A stretch of DNA of 64,000 nucleotides, from NCBI GenBank assembly GCA_010015585.1, contig ML975172.1; one strand, 5' to 3'. The notes under the pieces are model-generated. The model was not told the origin of the DNA. It saw only the letters and a program-made list of their open reading frames with translations, and did no database searches. This DNA is from Eremomyces bilateralis CBS 781.70. Lineage: Eukaryota. Of this stretch, positions 51,641 through 64,000 are shown one piece after another. Every line of letters starts with the position of its first letter. The first letter of the stretch is position 1. Made by a program: the position numbers and the translations under genes.

Positions 51641-53841
51641 TACCTGGCAATTAGAGGTGGTTGAATCATCTGTGATTCCGCGCTCTGTGAGAGGAAGGCC
51701 TAGCCTCCAACCTAGAGTCATGGAACTTTCTCTGCGGGAACAACGAAAGACATTCCGGTTCAGATTAGAACAACACTTTGCGTGGGGTTAGAAGAGCTAA
51801 AATATATGCCTAGGAACATTGTTTAAAACAGTATATGCGTCGCCCAATGAATGGGAGTTCTGGATCAGCAATTCTCAATGATGATGGCAAGGTGGTGGGA
51901 TTCTTTAGGTTTAAAAGCCAAGGCTCTCGAGACGGCTACGCTGTGTCTTCCAAGATGTTGACTTAGGCCCGGGACATATACCAGGCTGGGGATAAGGACG
52001 TATGGCTGGAGTCAACACCAGCGAAACACCCCCACGTTCTGTGTGTCCCGGAAACGAAACTGGAGGTATGGATGCCAGATAAAAATTGCTCTGCGCAGAG
52101 AGATGCTTTCAACCCGAATCGGCACACGACCCTCGCGTAATCGAACGCACAAGCGGCACTGAATAGGCATCCTTCGAGGGCAACGAACGGCCGGATGGAA
52201 TCGCCGGCTCCATCGTAAAGGAGATGACTCAAAACCCCAATCTATGGTTCGCACAATCCACGAGCCCTGCTCTGAGTCCCTGAAGCGGTTTCCATGCTGC
52301 ATATGAAATAGCTCAAGGGCTATTCAGACGCATGGATGTATAAGAACGGCTTCATCACTCTTTCTCTAGCGAGCAAGCTATATATCCATCCATATGGAAT
52401 ATCGATCACAAGCCTAGCCAACTGGCGGGTTTCTTTTTCCAACACCGCAACATCCTCCACGCTCGACTTTTAGCTGCGAGACTCATTGAGATGGTGGCCG
52501 AAGGATACGATGGTCAGTCAGGAGGATCTTGCCAAACAGACTGGTTTGCCCGCAAGCTGAGGGGTGTGCGATTTCTTGGGATACCACAATACTAGCAACG
52601 ATTCATGCAAGACGCTACAGGCTGCTCTAACACGAGCGACGCAAAGACGAAAGTGGCAGAAGCCTTGGAGGAGGTCGAAAGAATCATTGCGAACCAGCCT
52701 CGGCACTGGGCACCAAGTCTGGAATAGGGCGGTTGTCTGAGGAACATCTCATGCAGGTAAGCAGCTCCTTCAGGCTTGTGGGCCACTTAACTCCAATGTC
52801 TACTAGGTCAATGGCAAGTTGGTTTCGGGAATACTAGGTACAGGAAAATGCTCGAACGATACCAGTTCGGGGAACGCCATAGCAAGTGTCACTTTACCAA
52901 CCACAATGCGAGAGATCTAGAGACATGGACTGATCCAGGCTATGTGGCCTACTACTATGCCAGACGCTGAATAGACTGGATTGAGACCCGCGGTGGCAGT
53001 ATTTCAGTCCCCAGGCCGTATTGTTGTAGATCGACACGCAACGATTTTCGACTAAGGTACGTCGGTACCCTCTGTTCTAGTTGTTCCCCTTGTGATGGAG
53101 TGGACTTCCACCATGCACAAGTCACCAGATTTGGGTCACGGGACTTACCACTTCATCACTTGTAGACTTTACAACCTCCTGCTGACGTAGACGTAGATTC
53201 TTCCCTCTTCATAGATGAATCTAACTTGTTACGTTACTACCTTGATTTTACATCATCCAGTATCAATCCGTGACACCCCTCCATGGTGGGTGTGGTCGAA
53301 TCCGGGTCAGTTCAGCAGAGATGAACATCGGGGAGCTGAAGTGGCTGGCTTATAGAATGAACAGTAGAGCATACAAGAAGCGGATAGACTCATTCGAACC
53401 CTTCCTCAATCAATAACCGCGATGATACACTGAACAATGTGCTCTTTGACCTCTCCCTTGCTGGCGAGGCCAACACCGATGCCATTAGGATGAGCAAGCG
53501 GACCATTCACGAGCTAGAATGGCAGATTACAGACCTGCAGAAAGAAATCCAGCACTGGAAAAAAGGGGGCGAATCTCGAATTGTGCGGAAGTAACTTCGC
53601 AGAGTCGGACCAGGGTGCTAGTTATAACAAACAATAACTTGAATATTAATCTTCAGCCTCAATTCTATAATCCGGCTCTAGCACTCCAGAAAAGGAATAC
53701 TCTCGACGAAGAAGGCCATGATGTTCAGGTTCTGGGCATCGGTATAATGCGGCAGTCGACGAGGTAGTTGCTGACGGCAGTGACGAGCGAAGTGACCAGA
53801 TCAAGCACGCAAATGATGTTCCTGGCAACGGACGGCATATA

Positions 53842-53895
53842 TGGATTTGGATGGTTCGGATGGTGCGGATGGTTCGGATGGTTCGGATGGTTCGG
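53842..53895. repeat. 9-bp tandem repeat (GGATGGTTC, ~6 copies)
   Basis: Read directly. Confidence 0.9.
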
Positions 53896-54000
53896 TTTCT
53901 TGCTGGAGACACTGATCACTGCTCAGCACCATTCAGCAGTCTTTGACACGGTCTGGATGCGCAAGGTCTGCGATTACCAAGTTCCATTAATCTAAACTGA

Positions 54001-54017
54001 AGAGAGAGAGAGAGAGA
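54001..54017. repeat. (AG)n microsatellite
   Basis: Read directly. Confidence 0.9.
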
Positions 54018-54518
54018 AGAAATCTCCCGGCACCTTTGTGCGCGAGATAGCGACTCTCCTCTCCAATGCCCTACTGCTGTGTTACCATGTTTGTTTGCTT
54101 CTCTGATATAATCCACCAGCCACGTCTTCAGCCACAACCAAGGGAACAGGCCGCAGGCCTGGGACCATAACAGTCTTTGTATTTTTCCATTCCACTCACC
54201 ACGTCGCCATAAAAGCGCGTAACAACTGTCTGATGCAATTCTGGGATCCATCGGTGTTGAAAGGCTCAATACCTTTTCCTGTATGTAATCTAGGTAGTCA
54301 CTGGGTAGAGGCAATCGGCCACGTTATGGATGGCACTGAAGTCGACTTCCCTTGATTCTCACGAGTGACTCTCCCAAGCGGTATAACGTTAAAATATACA
54401 AAGAAAGACGCTGCATCACGCATTATCGTAACAAGCTAAAATACCACTTCCTGTTGTCCCCACATCGTCCATATTCCTGGCGTGCTACTCTGTTATCCAT
54501 ACCCTTTTCCATCCGCAC

Positions 54519-56109
54519 CTATTCCCCCTGACTCCCTTCCCTCGGACCCCTGAAATAATTCCGTACTCTGTCCACAATGCTCTGTGGCCCCTCCCCATGC
54601 TGCGACGAACCCCCCGAGCCTCGCCGGCTTGAACTCAGCCTCCGGCCCCCTGACGACCGCGACGGCGTCGCCGGCTGGGAATAATACCGCGGATCGGGCG
54701 GTGGGAACTGAAAACCTCCGGGGAGTCCGGACATCTGCGGCATAGTCGAATCCGACGGCCGGCCCCCTCTCACCGAGCTCGAAGGACCGGCAGGCACCGC
54801 GGTCGCGGAAGCAGATCGACGTGGCAACGATGCATCGGCGCTGTTTTTTGGCTCGGAGTCACTGGCGATGCCTTGTCTGCAGTGCGGGCAGGTATCGTGC
54901 TCTCCCAGCCAGGCCTCGATGCAGGGGATATGGAACCAATGGGTGCACGGCAACTTCGCCACCTCCTGGTCCAAAATCACCTCGTCCATGCAGATGCTGC
55001 ACTCGGCCTTGCCGCTGTCGCCGAGCATGGATTTGTCGATTTTGACGCGCGGGATGGCGGCGATGGCTTCCGCGGAGGCGGGGCCGGGGGCGGAGCCGGT
55101 GGCGTTTTGCTCCATGAGTTGGGAGATGATGCGGTCAAAGGCTTCTTGGGTGTAGACGCCGTCGCCTTGGACGCCGCCGGGGGGGACGCCGAGCATAGTT
55201 TGGAGGAGGGTAGCGAGAGGGAAGGGTGGGGGAGGGGGGCCGCGGGATCCGGAGGGAGGGTGGGCCTGGTTCGGAGGACCCCAGGCGCGGCCTTGGGCGC
55301 CGAAAAGCATGTCGTTCAGGATACTAATCAGTTGTCAGCGAAGGGAATGGGGTAATAGTTGAGAACGACAACACATACTTCTGGATGGTATCCACGGGCG
55401 GACTACCCGGAGGCGACCCATTTCCATCCCGAGGGAACAGTTGGGTTGACGAGGTGAATGTAAACCTTGACCCCTGACCTGGCCCTGACCTGACCTCTAC
55501 CTGCCCTCCTCGAACATTCATGTTCTCAAGCGGATTTCGCTCGTCTGAAGTTGGGCTTCGCGGGTCTGGAGTTGGGGTCCGTTGTCCGGGTCCGCTTCTG
55601 CTGTTAGAACCGGGGCTTCGTGTCTCCTCTCCTGGTTGTGGACCTGCGATACCAGCCATCATTGACGTGAAGTTGTTCAATAGGTCGTGCAGTGCCGGTC
55701 GTGGTTGGCCATGGTCGTCTCGTGCTTCCCCGGTCGGTGATAAGGACCTATGTATCGTCCCTGTTACTGTGAACCCGTTAGGCGTTGGTCGGAACTGCAA
55801 GTTCTCAATATCATCTTCATCGGGATCGGGTGCTGCCCAGGGATCATGATCGTAGAGTGGGTGGCGCTGTGAGGGTTGAGGTAGATCACCTAAGGTAGGT
55901 ATGGATTGATCGATTCGCGGATCATGATTAGCTTCAATCTGTCGTGTACAGGTTAGTTTTGGTGCTGAGATTGTGATCCATTTCATGTGGGCACATACAA
56001 TCTCTGTGAACTCGGAATGACAATGCGGGCACGTCAAGCCATGTTCATCTCGGAACCACTCCTCCTCACACGAATGACAGTAGACAAGCGCTCGATTCTG
56101 GGAATCCAT
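54519..56109 (-). CDS. RNF115/RNF126-like RING-H2 E3 ubiquitin ligase with N-terminal zinc ribbon
   Basis: VYCHSC..CPHCHSEFTEI zinc ribbon, GDGVYTQEAFDRIISQLMEQ, RING-H2 CSICMD..LPCTHWFHIPCIEAWLGEHDTCPHCR; introns ~55939-55998 and 55324-55378. Confidence 0.93.
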
Positions 56110-57774
56110 CTTGTGATATGTGGGGATATCCAAGATATCAGTCGGAAAAGGCTCAATATCGGTTGCGCTCGGAGAATGGGATGCGCTCGGTCTCGTATAC
56201 GTCCCGTCGAAGTTGAGTTCAAAGGGAGTTTGTCATCCTTCTCATCGGCCTGAAATATCCGGAAAGCCTTCCAAAGAGTAGGTATGAGCCTTAATATAAA
56301 GCGTACGGCGCAATCACGAGAAAAACGAGAGGATGATAAAGCCTGGTGTCGTGATGTTGCTCAAGGCTGTCTAAGATGATGCGGGTTGGAATCGAGAGAT
56401 CTTGAATGCGACAGGCAGAGGAAGGAGAGGAGAATAGATAGGCTGAAACCTAATTTGAAGATGGTTTGCTGGAATTCTGATAGTGCTGGGGATCGTTTGG
56501 TTTGATGTGATATGTGGCTCGACACGTTTTTGGTGATGGCAGATGACGTTTGCGCGGAAGTCGTGGACCCTTTATATCTGATTCATCAGCATTCTTCACC
56601 ACTAATACCTATCTACCATCTCTCTTATCACTTCGCCTCTTAATTATTCAGGCAAATACCTCTGTATAGGTATCTTTTAATGGTTTTGTCCGTTGATTTC
56701 TACTGTCATTCGCGATAGGAAGTGGATTGGGCAGGCATGCCTTGTATCCGCCACTCCGGTCAGGTACGATATGCAATATAAATACTGGTACAGGTATTCT
56801 TCAGGGCCATCTTGTCCCTCTTCCTGACTTACAGCGTCATTTGGATCGGTTTACAGTCGTTCAAGTTAAGGCGTCTTTTCTTTTTGGCTGTTTTCTGCCG
56901 TTGTTTAGAGTAATTAGAGCGTCTGTCTTCATACCTTCCCTTCATTCCTCACATCATCCACGGTCCCAGTCCACAGGCACTGGCATCGAGTACGTACCCT
57001 TCAGCTAGCAAATGAGCAATGGGGTGCCTATTGAAACTTCGGGCCAATGAATGACTCTCGGGTCTCTCTCATGTGTCTGGTTGACCATGGAAATAGGACT
57101 CGGGTGGAGAACTCCGATGCTACAATCAACATTCGAAGACAAGTGAAGCGACTTTTGCGGCAGAGAATTCGATTCTTTGCTTGGCTACATTTGTCTAAAT
57201 ATCCATTGCGTCAATCCGAGGGGTATTCTATTAGGATATTGCCTGGTTACTCCCCTCTGTTCATCCAAGTTCTGCATCGTTTGGGCGCTTCCCAGTTCTT
57301 CATTGACAGGACTAGGACGACATGGTACACGCTCTATCTAAGCTAGATGGTCTATTGGGGCAGTGATCTCGCGAAGCTGAACGATCTTCATTCTAGTACA
57401 ATAGCTACTTCTACTAACAGAGAATCAGACACCCTGGGAGTTCAAATTCGTGTATATGCCGACCCTTTCCTAAGCCAACAGCAGCTTAACTTGTTTACAG
57501 TTTGCGTTCTACGGTTGCATACACAGCAGAAGCTGACCTGTTGGGCATGAATGGACTTGAGAATCCGACTGTATGCAAGCTTTCGCAGTACCATCTGCAG
57601 GTCGTATGCAAGACGTGGGGCCATGCATATAGAACCATCTAGACAAAATCAGGAGGCTGGAGCCTTCTTACATGCTTCACACCCGTATATTCAACACAGT
57701 TTCCATGGTATCTCTCTCTTCATTCGAATACAGCTCTCCGATCCAGATAATTCACACTCCGCTCTTCCGCAGCA

Positions 57775-58685
57775 ATGGTAATCAAAGGCTCCAAACAACC
57801 GACCTATGTCCTCCTCAACGACACACTGCCGTCCACCGGTTCGCACTCCCAACTACTCGGCCCGTTCGTAGCGAACCCGCTGAGTCCAACCGACGAATAC
57901 GCCCCCGATGATCATTCCATCATCACTGAGATCTTCAGCTCCCTCTCCCCGAACCTCGAGGCCGCTCGCAGTTCGTCTCCCAGCAATTCAGTGCATCTAA
58001 GTCTACCGCCGTGCAAGCACGCCTCGAGCACTTGTTGACGCTGGGCTGCACGGTTTAGCGTCAAGCGGACTGGTATGTTGACACGCCGCGAATTTTGACG
58101 CGGCGGTTAACACAGCATCGGCGCGTCTTTCAGTCTCTCATGCGCGACCAGGAGATCAAGGCGGAGGCACTAGACTTGCTCGAGAATAATGGCGGAATCG
58201 CGTACATGGCGGTTGTGACGCGATCCTTCACGGATGCCAAGGTGGTGGAGAACGGGGGTGTTCAGAAAGAGTTGGAGGGAAGCGTAGCGGTGCCGTTGGA
58301 TAAACTAGCTGGCGATGCTTCAGTCCCGCCGCCGGCGGTACCAAACTTGACAATGAGCGGGAAGAAGGAGGAGACGACGGATTAGGGTAGGGAATACGTC
58401 GTGGAAGGAGAACGGTTCTTCCAGGCACAGTATAGAATCATTAAGGCAAGAAGGTCTGGGTTCCTTGGGCTGGGTACGGGGTTGGTGACGGTACAGTTTG
58501 GTCAGATCGCTGGGGTTGAGGCTGGGAGCAGAACATTCCATGACGGAAGCCCAGTTATATACAGAGATGATCAGGACGAAGAGGACGAAATAGATGGTGA
58601 TATTGACGAAGATGTCGGTATCTCGGAAGAAGATCTTACAGCGGAAGCACTTGGCATGTCTGGTTCGTTGCTTGTGACGGAGTGA
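57775..58685 (+). pseudogene. Fungal gasdermin-like (HET-Q1/RCD-1 superfamily) gene with one frameshift and two in-frame TAG stops
   Basis: Reconstructed ~300 aa: LLGPFVANPLSPTDEYAP, SKSTAVQARLEHLLTLG, FQSLMRDQEIK, AYMAVVTRSFTDAKV, GSVAVP, GERFFQAQYRIIK, acidic C-tail. Frameshift near 57965, stops at 58056 and 58383. Confidence 0.65.
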
Positions 58686-58799
58686 CATTTATATTCCTGA
58701 AGTAAAGAGCATATCCCCAGGGCTTCTGGGGCCGGTGGTAGTTATTTGTAATGCATATCGTGTGCCCCTGTGCTCTCCTTCATCTGAGACTTCCGCAAC

Positions 58800-59640
58800 T
58801 CATCCATCCATATGACCTTGTTGCTGTTCCGGAGTGAGATACAAAAAGATAATCTGCCCAGTAATTTCCAGATATTCATCGAAAGCGAGGCGACCGCGTC
58901 CCATCTCAAATCCTAGAGGTTTGCAAAGAAGCTGAATCTGATCCTCAGAACTCAGATTCTCGAAAGGGATCAGAGTTTCTCGTGCTGCGATCGCCCGCAC
59001 GTAAGCGTCCATGTCGACTTGGGATTGAACCGATTCTCCAGCCTACGTGATGCGGAGCATTGAACGTAAAGCGGAGGAGAGCGCGGCACTGGGCGGCGTC
59101 TGGTTGTCGAAAGAGTCGCTGATTTGTTGGAGTCAATTCCAACTGCTCGATCGAGTCCACTTTCTCGGAGTACGCGTTCCGATTTCCCCAGGTTACCATA
59201 TGCCTGGATCAAAAGCCCACCGGCCTTCTCATATTGCTGCAGGCGTAGATAGGAAAGGCTCCAACGAGAATTGCGTTCGATCAACCCTATCGGAGCAGCT
59301 CGAGTCGCCCAATAGCCACCAGAAAGACCTGATTCAAGAGCAGTATACCGGTCAATGTAAGCAGCCGCAGAATGCCAGTCCTTCTCCTTGATGGCCATAT
59401 CGATCAATTGCTCGTAGTAAATTCCCTCAGCGGGTTTATCACCCCCCCTCTTCATATCTTCCAAGTCCAAGGAGCGCTAAACCGTAAATCAAGAGAGCAT
59501 GGCATTTGGCAGCGCGAAGCTCCGCATCATCTTTGTCGAAATGCATTCCATATCCATGATCATCGTCGAAATTTTCGGGAATTTATCCGGATTTGTCGCT
59601 TGGGATACAATTCGGCGGAGCATCTCAGCCGCCTGATATA
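58800..59640 (-). pseudogene. Decayed TPR-like repeat gene
   Basis: Frameshifted helical fragments ALLIYGLALLGLGRYEEG, LIDMAIKEKDWHSAAAY and WSLSYLRLQQYEKAGGLL fit the TPR pattern; boundaries approximate. Confidence 0.45.
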
Positions 59641-60027
59641 TGCTTTATTGGTCCAGGGGCGATGATCCAATGATTAAAACATTTCGAACCTTCTCCGATG
59701 GAATTCCTGTACGATCAGGATCTCCACAACCATCTCGGAACTTCAGTCTACCAAGGATAATCGGAAATCCAACAAATTGAGATAAAGATGTGGAAACCAA
59801 CTAGACTTTCCCTGTGGTATTGCGAAAATAAAGTCCAAAATATCATTCTCAACTCGACCGCCATGCAAAACACCAAACGCATTGCTTCACAACCCTGGCT
59901 GCATATCTTAGTGTGCAATATTCCGTTCCTTTTCCTGCTGAGGAGCAAGTTCTCTAAAGGAGCGAATCGTTACCGGAGCTATTCCTCCTTAAATCTCCTT
60001 TTGCTAGCCCCAAAGTTCCTTGAGGTA

Positions 60028-60807
60028 TTAGCCTGGAAGACTGCTATGGCTTGACTCGTCCAGTGGCGTCTGGTCGGCCCCAACTGGAACTTGGTCAGTC
60101 ACCCCTTTTCCACCAAGCAACCCCATTGCACGGAACAGCCTCAAGGTCCTAGCTTCTTGCTTATCACATAGCATTACATCGTGCCGTTGTAAATGCTCAG
60201 TGATCATCCGGTATGCATCTTTCCCTTCCTTTCTAGGAACTTTCATTTCAATCTCCATCAGATGGTGCGGCAGTGCTTTCACATCGTCGAATACCGCTTT
60301 GAATCCTTTGATTCTGAGCTTCCATTTCGGATTTTGGTACGGACCGAAGGGCACAAGGTCCGCCCAAGCAACCCGCTGGAACTGCTCAACGAAAGCGACC
60401 TGGTCGTCGCTCCAGAGTGACTTTCGATGCAGAGGTGATCTGCGTTCACAGGTGTAGAAGGTCGAATTGCCGTATTGATCCCAAACACAGTGAGCCTTGT
60501 CTCGGATGGCGGTTTCGTCTTCGTCGAATCGAACCTTGACTGAGGAGATCTTCTGTCGTTTGCTGATCATCGTACGTTTGCTCATCTTCGTGCGAAACAT
60601 GACCCCATTCTCAGTGTACCTGGGCATCTCCGTGTCATAGTAAGTGACCGGATTCTCTTTATATGGTTTGGAGCCTTTGTGCCCTAGCTTTTCAAGCACG
60701 ATTTTCGGGTGGGGGTCACAGAGTGACCATTGTAGGTGTACACTTTCTTTCGCCTTGGTACATGTAGCAACAGTGACCAAAACCAGGAATAGGAATACAC
60801 GCAGCAT
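60028..60807 (-). CDS. Intronless secreted protein with CYTH-like (triphosphate tunnel) features
   Basis: Signal-peptide-like MLRVFLFLVLVTVATC; YYDT..GVMFRTK..SSVKVR..LWSDDQVAF..LVPFGP..KWK..LMEIEMKV..QEART. Confidence 0.7.
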   Translation of the reverse strand: MLRVFLFLVLVTVATCTKAKESVHLQWSLCDPHPKIVLEKLGHKGSKPYKENPVTYYDTEMPRYTENGVMFRTKMSKRTMISKRQKISSVKVRFDEDETAIRDKAHCVWDQYGNSTFYTCERRSPLHRKSLWSDDQVAFVEQFQRVAWADLVPFGPYQNPKWKLRIKGFKAVFDDVKALPHHLMEIEMKVPRKEGKDAYRMITEHLQRHDVMLCDKQEARTLRLFRAMGLLGGKGVTDQVPVGADQTPLDESSHSSLPG

Positions 60808-62223
60808 CTTGAATAGCTATAGCGATATTTAGTGCAATAACTAATAAAGAAATGTTTAAATACAACACTCGTTGAAGATGAGGGTTCGTATGAATATATA
60901 CATCCATCATCTGATGGATGATCAGCACAAGTCGTGCTTGTGACGATAGGATGACGCAAAATTGAGACATTGTGGTACTTCAAAAGGTGTACAGGATAAA
61001 CTCTTATGATAACATAAAACTTCGACCTGGAGGCTACTTTAACAGTATATCGTAATAAACAAAGAAACGGCAGCCATGTGTCTTTTTTCCTTCACAAGTC
61101 AGATAGAAGCGTTCTGCAGACTGGTGAATATATCGACGATGATCCTCGTCGAGTGAATGCTGGAAAAATAAACCGCCCCAGACCACAACTCAGACTCCGT
61201 ACGGAAACATGTAGTGCATAACACATGTATCCAACTTGAAGGAGACATAAATCACAAACAACGGTGTTCTCATAGCTAGTCGGACGACCTTGAACTTCCT
61301 CTGGCAACCTCGCAGAGTCCCAAAGTTACGTCTACTGCAGCAAAAGAGCTGATACATCCCCTTCATCATCCTTGTGAGCTCTTTACTGAACTTCTGGCAC
61401 TTATCATAGGGTTTTTATTGCGCACTGGTCAGGTTGGCATACGGACTCACGCGATAACAGGCATCATATCGAGATATAAGACAGGCATACGGCTTGAGTC
61501 TTAGCCTCGTGTAAAGCTCGTTCTCGTCATTCGTCGCATCACTCTATAAGCTTTGATCAACCAATATGCTACTTCTCACACCCTCTTCGGACACAATTGA
61601 GATTGATGGTATCTCGTACTGTTGGGCCTGCGGCTTCCCGCTGTCGTATGTGTCTCCATGCGTCTGTGAGAGATGCAATTTGTTCAATTGACTTGGAGAT
61701 GTGGAGGGAGAGGGGGAGCAAGGGGGAGAGAGGGCGCGGGGAAGGGAGAACACGGGAAAGAAGAGCGCGATCGACGCGTCAGGGGAACTTCTAAGCGGAA
61801 CATATGTTACATTAAAAGGCAAAATTCATGGCTCGCTGGGGATGTTATTTGCTGATACGGGCACCATTAAGGAGGAAGAGAGCAATGATACATACTAGAG
61901 GTGGCAAACCAAGGAAACTATTCCTCTCAGATGCATATTGATCACATAGCAACATCTTGAAGTGCGGCATCTTACTATTATTCTCTCCCATACTTCGCTT
62001 TGCCACTGATTCCGGTGAATGTCCCTTAGAATTCGGCAGCAGAGCGTCGAGCTGGACCGGATCCCTTTTCCATACGCTGGCTTGAGCTACTTTGTCGAAT
62101 ATCTTCTTACATGACCATGGCCCAAATATGATTGGAGCGACATTCTTCGCTTCCTTTACTAGTCGCCATGGATCGATTGGCGTAGTCTAGGCCATCAGAT
62201 CGAAATTCTCTGATAGGAGCAGC

Positions 62224-62880
62224 TCATGTAAAACGTCGAAGCGCCGCATTGGAGTCCAAATGTAGCCCCACACTTTCAAACTTCCGCAACTTCCTTTCGA
62301 AAACACAGAACTCATACGTTTTTCTGCTCAGGCAGTCCAGGATTGGTCGCCAGCTCGGTTGCGTTGAAGATACCTGCCCATGGCACGGTCGTGGCCCCTC
62401 TCCAGTCCAAAACTCCAATGATTTTGTAGTCCTCATCCACCAATATGATTCGATGATCCAAATCCGCATGACATAAAGGAAACGGACCTGTAGGAACCTT
62501 ATCTCGGATGATGTGCGGGAGGGCGTGCATCAGAACCCAACAGACCGTGATCCACTCTTCCCTAGGGACATGTGTCCCAAAGCCCCTGGCGTTGCCGGTA
62601 AGATAGGCCATGTTGATGGGGTTCATGTGCTGCCGATGGCGTGAAAAGTAATCCAACGATGGGCCTAAAGGTGGAGTCCAGGCATTGGACGAGGGAATCC
62701 TAGACCGATCAACTTTGACGTTGGGTGAGCCCAGTTCGCGAGCGGGCATCCCAATCATATCGTAATTTATCAGGCTTAACTGACAATAGTAGTCTGCCAG
62801 ATAGTGTGCGAACTTTGCGCAATGATCTGCTGGCACGATTTCGCAGGCCTGCAGCCAAGTCGCAGAGGTAGTTGAAGTTT
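62224..62880 (-). pseudogene. Phosphotransferase (APH/choline kinase-like) gene, probably disrupted
   Basis: GPFPLCHADLDHRIILVDEDYKIIGVLDW (Brenner-like motif lacking the Asn); early stop at 62312 and no intact N-terminus found. Confidence 0.65.
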
Positions 62881-64000
62881 GCTTCCACGAGGACTTGCCA
62901 TATCTGACTATGCAGGCCGCTTCATTTGGGGTTCAGACTGGACACAGGAACCCAAGTCTTGTTCAAAGCTCAGGAGGTGACTATAACTAATTCAGACCGG
63001 GGAGTGCAGATCTGAATTGAAAGGGCAGTGGACCGAATCGAAGGTGCTGGTAATATAAGGAGACGCCGGTGAGACTTAGCCATGCCAGCAGACACACCAC
63101 AGGAACAAATGGAAGCAAACAGTTTGGTTCTTTATATGTATGAGCCAGATGTCTCGGAGATTCTCTTACTGAGTGAGAAGAAAGGACGGTGTTTCCGACC
63201 GCCGCAAGGCGCGTGGTAAGACTTCCGAATAGATATAAAAGGCACGTGTTTTAATATCAAGCCAAAGATATTGCACCAGGATTCAATCCCGAGTACTTGG
63301 TGGTTCGAAAACATGATAAACACATGATGAAGACAAAACACAATGTCCTTCATGCTATTCTTTTCACAAGCTCTTCAACGGCTGCGTCTTCTGTGGATTG
63401 CAGATCAGGTTTGTCTTGATAGTTTGGTAACCCGTAGTGCTGGTACAAGCATGGTGGAGCCTTTGTCAGTTGTTCTTCGTAAGAGAAGTAATCAGGCAAT
63501 GGCTGTTCCTTCGAATTTTCTTCACAGTTTCATATGCTCGAGATCAAGGCTGGCTTTAGAAGAGCGATCCATGGTTGTATAGAGGATGGTAGACCGAAGC
63601 AGAGATTCATATGCACAGAAAAGGAATAAAGAGAAGGTCTAACTGACGTTAGAGTAAGGCAATTTAAGATTCATTTGCAACATGACTCTAGCAGAACGCT
63701 GACTCGGATAAAGCAGTGAAGAAGCTCTCTTGACATGACTAACCATTAGAATATATATAACTAACTAGTTATAGGAGAATGAGTATTCCGATACAAGTCA
63801 TAAACAGGCCTGATCAGGATCTCTACATAAGCAGCTCAGGGAAGAAAGATATGATATGCTCTAGTTAAGTTGTAAGACCGCATTCAAGGACAAAACGCAA
63901 GTTAGTGACCTACTGCGTCTCAGCTAAGGTCACTCTTGACGGCTGTAAATCTAGGAATACGAGGCCCAGCCAGAAGTATAGCTATGCAAGCTGCGGCTGG

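Noticed and set aside
51960..53800. Several short ORFs and a possible spliced relic
   Set aside because: No recognisable domain; cannot support a gene call.
56700..57770. Searched for a subtilisin or caspase-like partner upstream of the gasdermin-like gene
   Set aside because: No DTG/HGT/GTS or HG/C catalytic motifs recognisable in the frames I read.

Overview
Eukaryotic (filamentous ascomycete, Pezizomycotina-type) nuclear DNA with short GT-AG introns; no rRNA, tRNA or CRISPR seen. Conserved genes: ERG5/CYP61, mitochondrial rhodanese, Anr2/LCHN-type DENN protein, AVL9, a full-length ABCC transporter, a GNAT, cullin-1, a cupin and an RNF115/126-like RING ligase. These alternate with accessory blocks of decayed transposons (four to five Fot1/pogo relics, a Tc1-like element with a nested solo LTR, a second LTR, Tad1-type LINE 3' ends) and pseudogenes. 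Main points of interest: (1) a disrupted fungal gasdermin-like gene (57775-58685) tail-to-tail with a decayed TPR gene; (2) a NACHT-WD40 NLR with 20 highly similar 126-bp WD repeats and no recognisable N-terminal effector; (3) an intronless, apparently secreted protein resembling bacterial CYTH proteins; (4) a LINE target-site duplication plus a 159-bp end overlap suggesting that 1-15615 is mis-ordered, tandemly duplicated or circular. All family assignments come from motif recognition by eye; no database searches were run.
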